Under the pieces are notes generated by a model, which had not been told where the DNA came from, did no database searches, and saw only the letters and a program-made list of their open reading frames with translations. 64,000 bases of DNA from Ranitomeya imitator (lineage: Eukaryota), in NCBI RefSeq assembly GCF_032444005.1, contig NC_091282.1, positions 766,506,001-766,570,000 of the forward strand, written 5' to 3'. Shown here one piece after another: positions 46,801-60,100 of this stretch. Every line of letters begins with the position of its first letter. Position 1 is the first letter of the stretch. Position numbers and translations under genes: made by a program.

Positions 46801-49800
46801 TTGTTTTCTGAAAATGAGAAATGGCCAAAATAACAAAAAATTATTTGCTTGCAGACCTCAAATAATGCAAAAAAAAAAAAAAGTTAATCATTTAGAAACA
46901 ACAATACTAATGTTTTAACTAGAAATCAATATTTTGTGGAATAACCATGATTTTTAATCACAGCTTTCATGCATCTTGGCATGCTTTCCACCTGTCTTTC
47001 TTTCACCCTGCTTTTGGGTGACCTTATGCCACTCCTGGTACAAAAATGTAAGCAGTTCTGCTTTCTTTGATGGCTTTTAACTATCCATCTTCCTCTTTAT
47101 TACATTCCAGAGGTTTTCAATGGGGTTCAGGTCTGGAGATTGGGCTGCCCATGACAGGGATTTGATGTAGTGGTCCTTCATCCACACCTTGATTGACCTA
47201 GTTGTGTGGCATGGCACATTGTCCTGCTGGAAAAACTATCCTCAGAGTTGGGGAACATTTGCCTGAGCAGAAGGAATCAACGGTTTTTCATGGATAACCT
47301 TGTATGCGGCTTGATTCATACGTCATTCGCAAAGAACAACCTGCCCAATTCCAGCCTTGCTGAAGTATTCCCAAAACAGTTGATTCCTTCTGCTCAGGCA
47401 ATGTTCCCCAACTCTGAGGACTGTTTTTTTTCAGCAGGACAATTCGCCATGCCACACAGCTAGGTCAATCAAGGTATGGATGAAGCGCACCACATCAAAT
47501 CTCTCATGGCCAGCCCAATCTCCAGACCTGAACCCCATTTAAAACCTCTGGAATGTAATCACGAGGATGATGAAAAGTCACAAGCCATCAAACAAAGAAC
47601 CGCTTAAATTTTTGTACCAGGAGTGGCATAAGGTCACCCAGAAGCAGTGTGAAAGACTGGTGAAAAGCATGCCAAGATGCATGAAAGCTGTGACAAAAAT
47701 CATGGTGATACCACAAAATATTGATTTCTGAACTCTTCCGGAGATAAAACATTAGTATTGTTGTTTCTAAATGATTATGAACTTGTTTCTTTGTTTTTGT
47801 TTTTTTTTTTTTTGCAATATTTGAGGTCTGCAATCAATGAATTTTTTTTGTTATTTTGACCATTTCTCTTTTTCAGAAAATAAATACAAAATTTATTGCT
47901 TGGAATTTCGGTGACATGTTGTCAGTAGTTTATGGAATAAAAGAACAATTTTACATTTTACTCAAAAATATACCTATAAAAAGAAAAATCAGACAAACTG
48001 AACATTTTGCAGTGGTCTCTAAATTTTTGCCAGAGCAGTATATTATGATTATTATTATTATTACTATTGTTATTATTGTTATTGCGCCATTTATTCCATG
48101 GCGCTTTACATGTAAGGAGGGGTATACATAATAAAAACAAGTACAATAATCTTGAACAATACAAGTCATGACTGGTACAGGAGGAGAGAGGACCCTGCCC
48201 ACGTAGGCTCACAATCTACAAGGGATGGGTGAGAATACAGTAGGTGAGGGTAGAGCTGGTCATGCAGCGGTTTGGTCAATCGGTGGTTACTGCAGGTTGT
48301 AGGATTGTCGGAAGAGATGGGTCTTCAGGCTCTTTTTGAAGGTTTCGATGGTAGGTGAGAGTCTGATATGTTGTTGTAGAGAGTTCCAGAGTAGGGGTGA
48401 TGCGCGAGAGAAATCTTGTATCCGATTGTGGGAAGAGGAGATAAGAGGGGAATAGAGAAGGAGATCTTGTGAGGATCGGAGGTTGCATGTAGGAAAGTAC
48501 CGGGAGACGAGGTCACAGATGTCTGGAGGAGACAGGTTGTGGATGGCTTTGTATGTCATGGTTAGGGTTTTGTACTGGAGTCTCTGGGCAATGGGGAGCC
48601 AGTGAAGGGATTGACAGAGGGGAGAAGCTGGGGAATAGCGGGGGGACAGGTGGATTAGTCAGGCAGCAGAGTTTAGAATAGATTGGAGGGGTGCAAGAAT
48701 GTTCGAGGGGAGGCCACAGAGCAGGAGGTTGCAGTAGTCAAGGCGAGAGATGATGAGGGCATGGACTAGGGTTTTTGCAGATTCTTGGCTGAGGAATGAA
48801 CAGATTCGTGAAATATTTGAGTTGAAATCGGCAGGAAATGGAAAGGGCTTGGATATGTGGTTTGAAGGAGAGATCAGCGTCAAGGATTATCCCGAGACAG
48901 CGAGCTTGTGGGACTGGGGAGAGTGGGCAGCCATTTACTGTAATGGATAGGTTCGTTGGGGGGGTCAAGTGAGATGGGGGAAAGATGATGAATTCTGTTT
49001 TGTCCATGTAAAGTTTCAGAAATCTAGCAGAGAAGAAGGATGAAATAGTGGACAGACATTGAGGGATTCTGGTTAGTAGGGAGGTGATATCTGGTCCAGA
49101 GATGTAGATTTGTGTGTCATCAGCATAGAGATGATACTGAAAGCCATGAGATTCTATGAGCTGTCCCAGGCCAAAGGTGTAAATGGAGATGAGCAGGGGC
49201 CCTAGGACTGAACCTTGTGGGACTCCGACAGATAGGGGGCGAGGTGAGGAGGTGGTGTGTGAGTGGGAGACGCTGAATGTCCGGTCTGTTAGGTATGATG
49301 AGATCCAGGATAGGGCCAAGTCTGTGATGCCAAGGGATGAGAGGGTCTGTAATAGTAGGGAATTGTCCACTGTGTCAAAGGCAGCTGACAGGTCCAGGAG
49401 GAGGAGGACAGAGTAGTGTCGCTTGCTCTTGGCGGTTAAGAGGTCATTGGTGACCTTAGTAAGGGCAGTTTCCGTGGAGTGGTGTGACTGGAAGCCAGAT
49501 TGTAAGCGGTCAAAGAGGGAGCAAGAAGAGAGATGGGAGGACAGTTCAAGGTAGACGTGTTGTTCCAGTAGCTTGGAGGCATAGGGGAGAAGTGATATAG
49601 GGCGATAGCTAGATACAGAGGATGGGTCAAGAGAGGGCTTTTTGAGGATAGGTGTGATGGAGGCATGTTTAAAGCTTCAGGGGAAAACACCAGTTGTTAG
49701 TGATAGGTTGAAGAGATGGTTTAGGGTTGGGTGAAGACTGGTGAGGTTTGGGATGAAGTGGGATGGGATCGGGTCATGTGCACAGGTGGTGAGATGTGAT

Positions 49801-52800
49801 CTTGAGAGTAGAGTGTAGAGTCGATCTTCTGTAATGGTGAAAAAGTTGGTTTTGGAGGTGGAGGGCTGGGAAGTCAGGAGGAAGGGCTCTGGGGGTTGTT
49901 GACCAAAACTGTCTCTGATGTTGTCAATCTTCTGCTTGAAAAATGAGGCAAAGTCTTCAGCTGAGATGAGTGGGGAGAGAGGAGGTGCTGGGGGACGGAG
50001 GAGAGAATTGAAGGTGTTGAATAACTGTTTAGGGTTGTGAGACAGGGAGGATATGAGACATGAGAAGTAGGTTTGTTTAGCTGTGGCGAGTGTGGTCTTG
50101 AAAGTAGTGAGGGACTGTTTGAATGCGATGAAGTGCTCGTTGGATTGGGATCTTTTCCATCTGCGCTCAGCAGCCCTGGAAGCTCGCCTCAGTTCTTTGG
50201 TCAGGCTGGTGTGCCAGGGCTGTCTGTTGATTTTGCGAGCTTTGGTATGTGTAAGTGGGGCAGCAGATTCCAAAGCTGCAGCTATTGTGGTGTTATATAG
50301 AGCGGCAGTGTCATCCGCATTGTGTAAGGAACTTATATCTGTGAGAGGGAGGAGGGATTCAGAGAATCGGTGTAGGTCAAGGTGTTCAAGATTTCTGCGA
50401 GGGTGTGAAAGTTTGTGGGGTGGGGATTGTAGACATGGAGTCTAGAGAGAAGAGAATGTGAGAAGGTTGTGGTCATAGAGAGGAAGAGGTGAGTTAGAGA
50501 GGTTAGATAGGGAGCAGAGGTGGGTGAAGATCAGGTCCAGTGTGTGGCCATCTTTGTGGGTGGCTGTAGAAGACCATTGAGTGAGGCCGAAGGAGGAAGT
50601 GAGAGATAGAAGTTTAGTGGCAGCTGAGAGGGAAGTGTCAATAGGGATGTTGAAGTCGCCCATGATGATAGTAGGGATGTCCGCGTGAAGGAAATGAAGT
50701 AGCCAGGTGGTGAAGTGGTCAAAGAAGGTGGTGGCTGGCCCTGGGGGGCGGTAGATGACAGCCAGTTGGAAGGGGAGTAGATGCGCACAGTGCACCTCAA
50801 ACTAAGGGAGGGTAACAGAGGTTGGCAGTGGGATTGGGGTTAAGGAGCAGGTATCTGACAGGAGAAAACCAACTCCTCCATGTTTGCTGCTGGGGCGGGG
50901 GGGTGAGAAAGGTGGAAGCCACCATACAAAAGTGCAACAGGAGAGGCTGTGTCAGAAGGGGTGAGCCAGGTTTCGGTGATGGCGAGGAAGTAAAGTTTGG
51001 TAGTAACAAAAAGATCATGGATGTAGGAAAGCTTGTTGCAGACAGCTCCTGTTAGTGGGACTGGGGAAGCAGGGGCTGGGTGAATGGGTATAAGGTTAGA
51101 GAGGTTACGGAAGGTTGTGATAGAGCATGAATGGGAGGTAGAAATGACTGTGGGAATGTGGTGAGGAGGACCAGGATTTGGAGAGATATCACCAGTAGTG
51201 AGAAGGAGCAGAGAAAGTGTTAGCAGGTGGGAGCAGGAGAGGGCATGAGGGGGCTTTCTGTGCTTGGAGACAGAGGATTGTATGTTAAGGAACAGTTTTG
51301 TGGAGGAGGTGAGATGGATGGGGAGGATTGAAGAGGAGATAAACAGTTCTTTACTAGGAGTAGGGATTAGGGGAGTTTGCAGAAAGTGAAGAATTATAGG
51401 GGTGAAAGTGAAAATAAACAGAAACATTGTTTACAGTGACTGGCCAGTTACCTTCAGTTCCCTTCAGGTTCAATTCTGGTTTTAATTCTACATTAATCTT
51501 CACACTTCTAGGACACAGGAATCACACTGCAGACTGAAGTCTATGCAGACTTGTGCTATGCAATATATGTACATCTAAGTGCATTCAGGTGTGAAGCACA
51601 GAGGAGTGGTCTCTGCTCATCTTGGTCAGAGAATTAAGGGTGGACCAGATGCATACAATCAAGCATTGAGTAAACAAGGTCATAAATAACACTGGGGTAA
51701 GCTGGGGTTAGCTGAAAGGCATACCATGTGAATGCTAGGAGCAGAGGGAAGTCTATGTGCAAAGCTGGGTGATGTACTATGTTAATACAAGAGAAGATAG
51801 TATTCTGCTACAGATGGATCTGGATAAGTTGGAAACTTGGGCTGAAAGGTGGCAGATGAGGTTTAACAATGATAAATGTAAGGTTATACACATGGGAAGA
51901 AGGAATCAATATCACCATTACACACTGAACGGGAAACCACTGGGTAAATCTGACAGGGAGAAGGACTTGGGGATCCTACTTAATGATAAACTTACCTGGA
52001 GCAGCCAGTGCCAGGCAGCAGCTGCCAAGGCAAACAGGATCATGGGGTGCATTAAGAGAGGTCTGGATACATATGATGAGAGCATTATACTGCCTAGTTA
52101 GACCAGTACTGTGTCCAGTTTTGGGCACCGGTGCTCAGGAAGGATATAATGGAACTATAGAGAGTATAAAGGAGGGCAACAAAATTAATAAAGGGGATGG
52201 GAGAACTACAATACCCAGATAGATTAGCGAAATTAGGATTATTTAGTCTAGAAAAAAGACGACTGAGGGGCGATCTAATAACCATGTATAAGTATATAAG
52301 GGGACAATACAAATATCTCGCTGAGGATCTGTTTATACCAAGGAAGGTGACGGGCACAAGGGGGCATTCTTTGCGTCTGGAGAAGAGAAGGTTTTTCCAC
52401 CAACATAGAAGAGGATTCTTTACTGTTAGGGTGGTGAGAATCTGGAATTGCTTGCCTGAGGAGGTGGTGATGGCGAACTCAGTCGAGGGGTTCAAGAGAG
52501 GCCTGGATGTCTTCCTGGAGCAGAACAATATTGTATCATACAATTATTAGGTTCTGTAGGACGTAAATCTGGGGATTTATTATGATGGAATATAGGCTGA
52601 ACTGGATGGACAAATGTCTTTTTTCAGCCTTATTAACTATGTTACTATGTTACATATATATAGTTTTATACCAGTGGTGGTGGACCTTTTAGAGACAGAG
52701 TGCCCAAACTGCCAACCAAAGCCACTTATTTAGTGCCAACATGGCAATTTAACCTGAATACTGAGGTTTTTGTTTAGAAAAACAACTCTTACATTAGCAC

Positions 52801-54102
52801 ACTATAGAGACTATAGCATAAAGCTGGGTGCATTGAGACGTCTTTCCTTGTGGGATGCATTCACATAGTGCTGGACAACCGACTGATCTAATATTATGGG
52901 CACTTTAAAAATTAACTTTTAATGAAAAAAATCCCAAAAATAAACCCTATGAGGGTGAAAAAAGTGCAGATGTGCAAAACCAGTACAGAGTATCAATAAA
53001 ATAGGGGCAAAGACACAGGTAGTGAGTGTAACCTTAAACTACAGAAGATATAGCTGACTATGAGGGTAGGCGCTCACTATAAATATGCAGCAGGTGGAGC
53101 TACTGCTCACATTTCGACATTCCTAAGGGACCAATTTAAGTCGACAATGCCCCTCATAAACTTCTCATGTAGAGGAGAATATACAGTAAATAAGGGATGT
53201 GCAAGGGAAGATGCACAATGGCCCTGACCCAAAGTCTGAAGGATTAACCAGCTAAGGGTCAATGGTCAATACATGATAGTAATGCCAGTGAAGAAACTAT
53301 GTCTAAGTGAATCTAAATGCATTTTGGAGTAGCACGGTGCAGGAAATGGTTAAGCACACATTCATACAAAGGCTCGGTGTAAGGAGAGGTGCACTATCTC
53401 CTAAACTATAGCCTGCTGAACCTTCCTACTTGCAGAGGTTGGAATCCTAAATTCAACGAGAGATACAGTGTAATGGGCCCCACATAGTCCTCCATACAGT
53501 GTAATGGGACCCACATAGTCATCCATACAGTGTAGTGGGCCCCACATGGTCCTCCATACAGTTTAGTGGACCCCACATGGTCCTCCATACAGTTTAGTGG
53601 GCCCCACATGGTCCTCCATATGATGCAGTGGGCCCCACATATAGTCCTCCAAACAGTGTACTGGGCCCCACATGGTCCTCCATACTTCTGACAAAGCCAT
53701 GCTTTACAGGGCAACCTGCATGGGGTCTCATCCACCGCCATATTATGCTTCGTTACTTTATGTTGCTTTCTTCAGCTTTAGGCATTCCCATAATCTAGGT
53801 GCCAGTAGGTATATTTTATCCTCTGTTCAGGTTCTCATTTATAGTTTGTTGTTACCCTGAGATTGACCATCCGGTATTGGAGATTCCTGTTCTGGTGATG
53901 TCCTTTCAGCAGTCCAGTTACCTTATTGGCCTTGTGTCTCACATGAGTTTTGCTTGGTTTTTGAGATATCTGTTTAACCTTGAATTTATTAACTGTATAA
54001 TAATAATCTTTTTATATAGTGCTAACATATTCCGCAGCGCTTTACAGTTTTCACACATTATCTTCGCTGTCCCCGATGGGGCTCACAATCTAAATTCCCT
54101 AT

Positions 54103-54148
<46 letters not shown>

Positions 54149-57100
54149 CATTTACTATTATACATTTTTATAGCGCCATTTATTCCATAGCGCTTTACAT
54201 GTGAAAAAGGGGGCAAATATAGACAAGTACATTAAACATGAGCAAAAACAAGGCCCACAGATACATAAGGAGGGAGGACCCTGCCCGCGAGGGCTCACAG
54301 TCTGCAGGGGATGGGTGAGGATACACTAGGAGAGGGTAGGGCAGGTTGTGCGGTGGTTCAGTAGGTTCAGGATCACTGCGGGTTGTAGGCTTGTCGGAAG
54401 AGGTGGGTCTTCAGGCTTTTTTTTAAGGTTTCTATGGTGGGCGAGAGTCTGATGTGTTGGGGTAGAGAGTGCCAAAGTATGGGGGAAGCACGGGAGAAGT
54501 CTTGGATGCGGTTGTGGGAAGAGGAGATAAGGGGGGAGTAGAGAAGGAACTCTTGAGTGGATCGGATGTTGTGGGTAGGTAAGTCCCGGGAGACCATGTC
54601 ACAGATGTATGGAGGAGACAGGTTGTGCATGGCTTTGTATGTCATAGTTAGGGTTTTGAACTGGAGTCTCTGGACGATAGGAAGCCAGTGAAGGGCTTGG
54701 CATAGGGGGGAGACAGGGAGATAAGTCGGGCAGCAGAGTGTAGGATGGATTGGAGTGGTGCCAGAGTGCTAGAGGGGAGTCCAGAGAGTAGGAGGTTGCA
54801 GTAGTATGGCGGGAGATAAGGGCATGCACTAGTGTTTTTGTGGTTTCATAGTCAAGGAATGCACGGATCCGGGAAATATTTTTCAGTTTGAGTTTTCAGG
54901 AGGAGGCAAGGGCTTGGATATGTAGCTTGAAAGAAAGGGCAGAGTCGAGGATCACCCCGAGGCACCGTGCGTGCAGGACTGGGGAAAGTGTGCAGCTGTT
55001 GACATTGATTGATAGGCCTTGTGGAGGGGTAGAGTGAGAGTATGTCTTTGGAATGTGGGAGGAAACCGGAGTACCCAGAGGAAACCCACGCAAACACGGG
55101 GAGAACATACAAACTCCTTGCAGATGTTGTCCTTGGTGGAATTTGAACTCCAGCGCTGCAAGACTGCAGTGCTAACCACTGAGCCACCGTGCTGCCCCTA
55201 ACAATATATAATGTGTACAGTACTATATCTACTTTCTTGGCTATAACCTCCACTTTGATTGTTTTTTGGTATATTACTTTGTGATGCTGGGACTAGCGGT
55301 GCATTCAGCGGATCCTTCTGATTGTTCAGATGTTTAATCAATGGAGCAAATTATGTGGTTGAATTGAACTATATGCAGTAATGGCGTTGGGGTATGTTGT
55401 ACAGAATTAAATGTTAACCGTTTGTCCACTCTTTGCCAATAAAGTTTACCATCATTAGATTAAGAACTCTCAGGTGTGCCTATCGTTACATAGTTCTTTC
55501 TTCTTCTTTATATACTGTCTTCGAGCGCGCACTGTTCCCCTTCCTCCCGGCTTCTCCTTGTCTGGGTAGCGGTGTGCTCCTGATGGAATAACTGTTCACT
55601 TCCTTGCAAGGTCGCACCGCATGGTTTAAACTGTTTTTGTTTTGGGTTTTTTCTGCGACGCATCATGGCAGAAGTGCAGGGAGCCTTTATAGCAAACAAC
55701 TTGCAAGCGTGCGTTCTTTGCCACAGAAATCGGCCCCTGCTGATAGGTTACAGAGGTGGCCAGTAACCTTGACATTGATCTGAAAATGTACATCCTTAAG
55801 AACGAATAAGATTTTTAATTAGGGATAAATTGCAAAGTTCCTTATTTTTACAAGAACTGTTCAATTTCACCCATGAAACAAGACAATACGACTCCTAGTA
55901 TTGGCGGCGTCTACATGTATGATCTGTCCCAGACCCAATCCGTCAGAAGCCGTGACTGATGTATGGACAGAGCCTGATGGGAATCAATACCGTTATGTCT
56001 GTGTTGTTTAGGGGACATTAACTGGAATACTAATCGGACTGGCCCAGCTGAACAACTCTGAGTTGAAGCTGAAGAGACTCTGCTACCGGCACGGGTAAGT
56101 GGTCATCGTCACCGCCAGTAAAGGGGCGATGGGCATAGGAAATGCTGACCGTCTGCCTACGTTATATTGCATTGCCCCTCTGTTTGTCCCTCCTTGAAAT
56201 GTAAGCATTAGTAGACCAGTGAATGTCACCGGTCCCCGTGTCAGTAAGGGGGTCTCTCTGCCCTAGATTAGAATCCGGGCCACCCCTTTGTTCTTGTTCA
56301 GCTCGTGATCTGTTTCTGGTGGGAGAGACATTTTCCTAATAGTTGACCCCCTATTTGATCCTTGTCCATAAGAAATACGGACTTTATATTACTGCTGGTC
56401 AAGAAAAGACATGGAGGGAACAGGGGTCTGACATTGCATCTGCTCCTCTAGCACCTAGTTATGTATGTCACAGCGGATATATGTCATAATAATAAAAGAA
56501 CAGAATGGCACTAGAGTAGTACGTGTTTAGACAGGCAGGACTATAAGTAGACAGCTGTGTGTCAGGCGTCACAATCATAGAGGGTAATGGTGCTCTGCAT
56601 GAATGTCCAGCAAGTAATCCGTGTACAACAAGGAAGAAGAAAATTATGCGGCACTCACCCCGATTTAGCTGTGAAGATTGTGATCTTTATTGGAGAAAAA
56701 TGAAGAATACATCCGTCAGGACATCAGGTAAATGAGAGGGTGCGGTATATGAGCACGGACGACGGCCGTTTCGCACATGCAGGTGCTTCGACGGGTCCAA
56801 GCCTTGGACCCGTCGAAGCACCTGCGTGTGCGAAATGGCCGTCGTCCGTGCTCCTATACCGCACCCTCTCATTTACCTGATGTCCTGACGGATGTATTCT
56901 TCATTTTTCTCCAATAAAGATCACAATCTTCACAGCTAAATCGGGGTGAGTGCCGCATAATTTTCTTCTTCCTTGTTGTACACGGATATATGTCATTACT
57001 GACGCTGACGTGAGATTGGCCGGCTTCATACGTCTGGCATTCATGACCCCAGTAGAGACCACAATGCCTGGACCAACTGCTGCTCTCCTCCCCGTCCTTG

Positions 57101-60100
57101 CTCCTGGTCTCCGGTGCCGGTCCTGACGTCTCCTGTAGATGTATTTAGGATGGGGTCAGTGACCCCCATGTTCCTCCTCCTGAGTGAGACTTTCTCCCCC
57201 CCCCGCTTCTCTCTCCTCCAGGTTATTAGGCGTGGACAAGCTATTCTCTTATGCCATTAATGAATGGCTGACGGACATCAAGAAGAACCAGCTGCCGGGC
57301 ATCCTGGGAGGAGTGGGGCCGATGCATTCTCTGGTGCAGCTGGGTAATCCACACATGGCTGCTATCATTATGGTGTGAGGCTAGTGGGGGGCTGTACCCC
57401 CCTAACCCAAAACCAGGTAGTCTAAGGCAAAGGTGGGGCATCACTATCTGCATCCCTGCTGGTTTAGAGGAGCTTGTGGCTGGTCCAGAGCTTATAGGGA
57501 GGCGGTTATAACCGTCTGTTTTAGACCACCAGAGATACAGATGTAGAAACATACTCACCCAACCTTGTTCTAGACCACAAGGGATACAAACATTGCCACA
57601 CACACACACACTCTTGCTGTAGACTTTTAGGGATACAGACCTTGAGAGAGACACCCTGACACTAGCGCACCCTCGCTTTTAGACTATTAGTAACAGACTG
57701 ACACCCTCGCTCTAGACCACCAGGAATGCAAACTTTGACCCACAGCTTCACCTTTGAAGCCGAAACTGTGTGTAATCGACATTTGCTGCCATTCCTCCCC
57801 CTGACTTCTGCTGTGTCAGGGCTAGAGACCTTCCATACATATCGGCTGGTCCTACAGATACCTGAGGGTTCGGAGACTTTTATCCTATATGTCCGGCCGC
57901 CTTTCGACCCCTTACAGCCTGAACAGTTTGGAGGGAATGATGATATTGAACATCTTTTTCTTTTATATAAGGCTACTTTCACACTTGCGTGGGTACGGGT
58001 CCGTCGCTATGCGTCGGGCTGACGTACCGACGCACGTTGTGAAATTTGTGCACGACGTGGGCAGCGGATGCAGTTTTTCGGTGCATCCGCTGCCCATTCT
58101 GAAGTCCGGGGAGGAGGGGGCAGAGTTTCGGCCGCACATGCGTGGTAGAAAATGGCGGACGCGACGGACAAAAAAAAAAAACGTTACATTGAACTTTTTT
58201 TGTGATGACGGTCCGCCAAAACACGACGGATCCGTCGCACGACGGACGCGACGTGTGGCCATCCGTCGCTAATACAAGTCTATGGGCAAAAAATGCATCC
58301 TGCGGGCACATTTGCAGGATCCGTTTTTTACCCAAAACTACGGATTGCAAAAAACGCAAGTTTGAAAGTAGCATAAGGGTCCATCTAGGACATCTGCACA
58401 TAAATAAGTAATCCTGAAAGTAATAACTCACCGTGGTCTGTCGGACCTCCTCACACTCTTCTTTCCTTTTCAGTTCAAGGTCTTAAGGATTTGGTGTGGC
58501 TGCCCATAGAGCAGTACTATAAAGATGGCCGCATTGTTCGAGGCTTCCAGAGAGGGGCTGCGTCATTCGGGACGTCCACTGCCATGGCTGCCCTGGAACT
58601 GACCAACAGAGTGGTGCAGACGATACAGGTATCCCCCTCCTCATGTGATGAGGGTGCCCCTCATGTGATGAGGGTGCCCCACATGTGCCATTACCAATAC
58701 CATCAGTGGGTAGTAGTGGTCCTACTGGTGCATATTCTGACCTTTCCTTCCTCTGCTCAGGCCGCCGCAGAGACCGCCTATGACATGGTGTCACCGGGAC
58801 CCAGTCCTGTGGAGTTGAGAAGAGCCAAGCGCTTTTCTCATCATCGCCTCATGCACCAACCTGTGGACCTAAGAGAAGGAGTCGCCAAAGCTTATACCGT
58901 GGTTAAAGAGGTGACAGCGTAGACTGAGCCACTGCGAGAGCGTTATGTACTTTGTAAGATCTCTGCTCCTCGTCAATGGATAGTTCGGAGGTCACACAAG
59001 TGCCCGGCCTGTGGACTTCTCTCTTACATCGAGCCGCGCCTGTTGTGCCAATCATGTGCCCATCATGAGTTCGACCCTCTATCCCCTATGAAGGTTTTCA
59101 TTAAGTGACTGAAAGCAGAGATCAGTAAAGCTTAATAATTAATACACAAAGAATATAATAAATTCGTTGTCTGTAGGACCACAGAGTAAAGGCCAGCACT
59201 GTACCTGACCATTCCCAGCGGCCCCTTAGAGAATGGTGTGGAGGTGCAATAATGTCCGGCTGTTACTCCAGGAGTCCGACTCCCGGCATCAGTGGGGGTC
59301 CCAACAGTCAGACCACCTGTGATCGGCAAGTTATCACCTAACGTAAGGATAGGCGATAACTTGTCGATGGTGGCAATGACCCTTTGACTCCATTCACTTC
59401 TGTGAGTTGTGCACACTACCTCCCCATTCATTTGTGCCAGCTGCCTCACCAGGTAGTTGGTCGGGGACCCCCATTCTTCCACCTCTAGGGTCAGAACCTA
59501 GCAGACATGTATGGCCTATTCAAAGGTTATTCCATAAATGCCTAAATAGGGAATAACCCTTTACAGGAATTGCTGAGGATTGGGATTTTTTTTTTCTAAT
59601 TCCAGACAACCCCTTTAAGGCATATACCTAATCTATTGGGGATTTTCTCAATCTTCTTTTCCCACCTTCCCATTAAAGAGGTTGTCCTGCACCGCTCAGC
59701 TCCGCATTGGGAGGTAGGTGGTGCTGCTGACATTGTTCCTGCCAGGACTTGTGCACCGTACATAGCTATCAGGCAAGCGTCCTCCACGTCATCTGCACCT
59801 CCTTCCTCCCAATGCGGAAGTGAATAGCGTCGGATCACCCTGTTATGTATTTGCTTCAACGTGGGATTAAAGTCTTCCCCCTAATGCATCTTTTCCAGGG
59901 AATCACAGACACCGCTCAAACCATCTACGAGACGGCGGCACGTGAGCATGAGAACAGAGGGGTCACCGGTGCTGTGGGGGGAGTCCTCCGTCAGATCCCC
60001 CCTGCTGTCGTGAAACCACTAATCGTGGCCACAGAAGCCACATCCAATGTGCTAGGCGGAATGAGGAATCAGATCAGACCCGATGTCCGGGAAGAAGAGT

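Noticed and set aside
55100-55198. tRNA gene
   Set aside because: Only A/B-box remnants are present with no complete cloverleaf, and it continues into a V-SINE domain.
58629-58636. U12-type intron (donor GTATCC)
   Set aside because: The donor is GTATCCCC, not GTATCCTT; there is no TTCCTTAAC branch site, and a U2-type CTGAC plus pyrimidine tract is present.
59060-59885. T2/Kolobok-like MITE fragments (TTAAAG... termini) in the last intron; similar scraps near 9000-9150, 17580-17700 and 27700-28000
   Set aside because: They are probably repeat-derived, but matching termini and TSDs could not be fixed reliably by eye.
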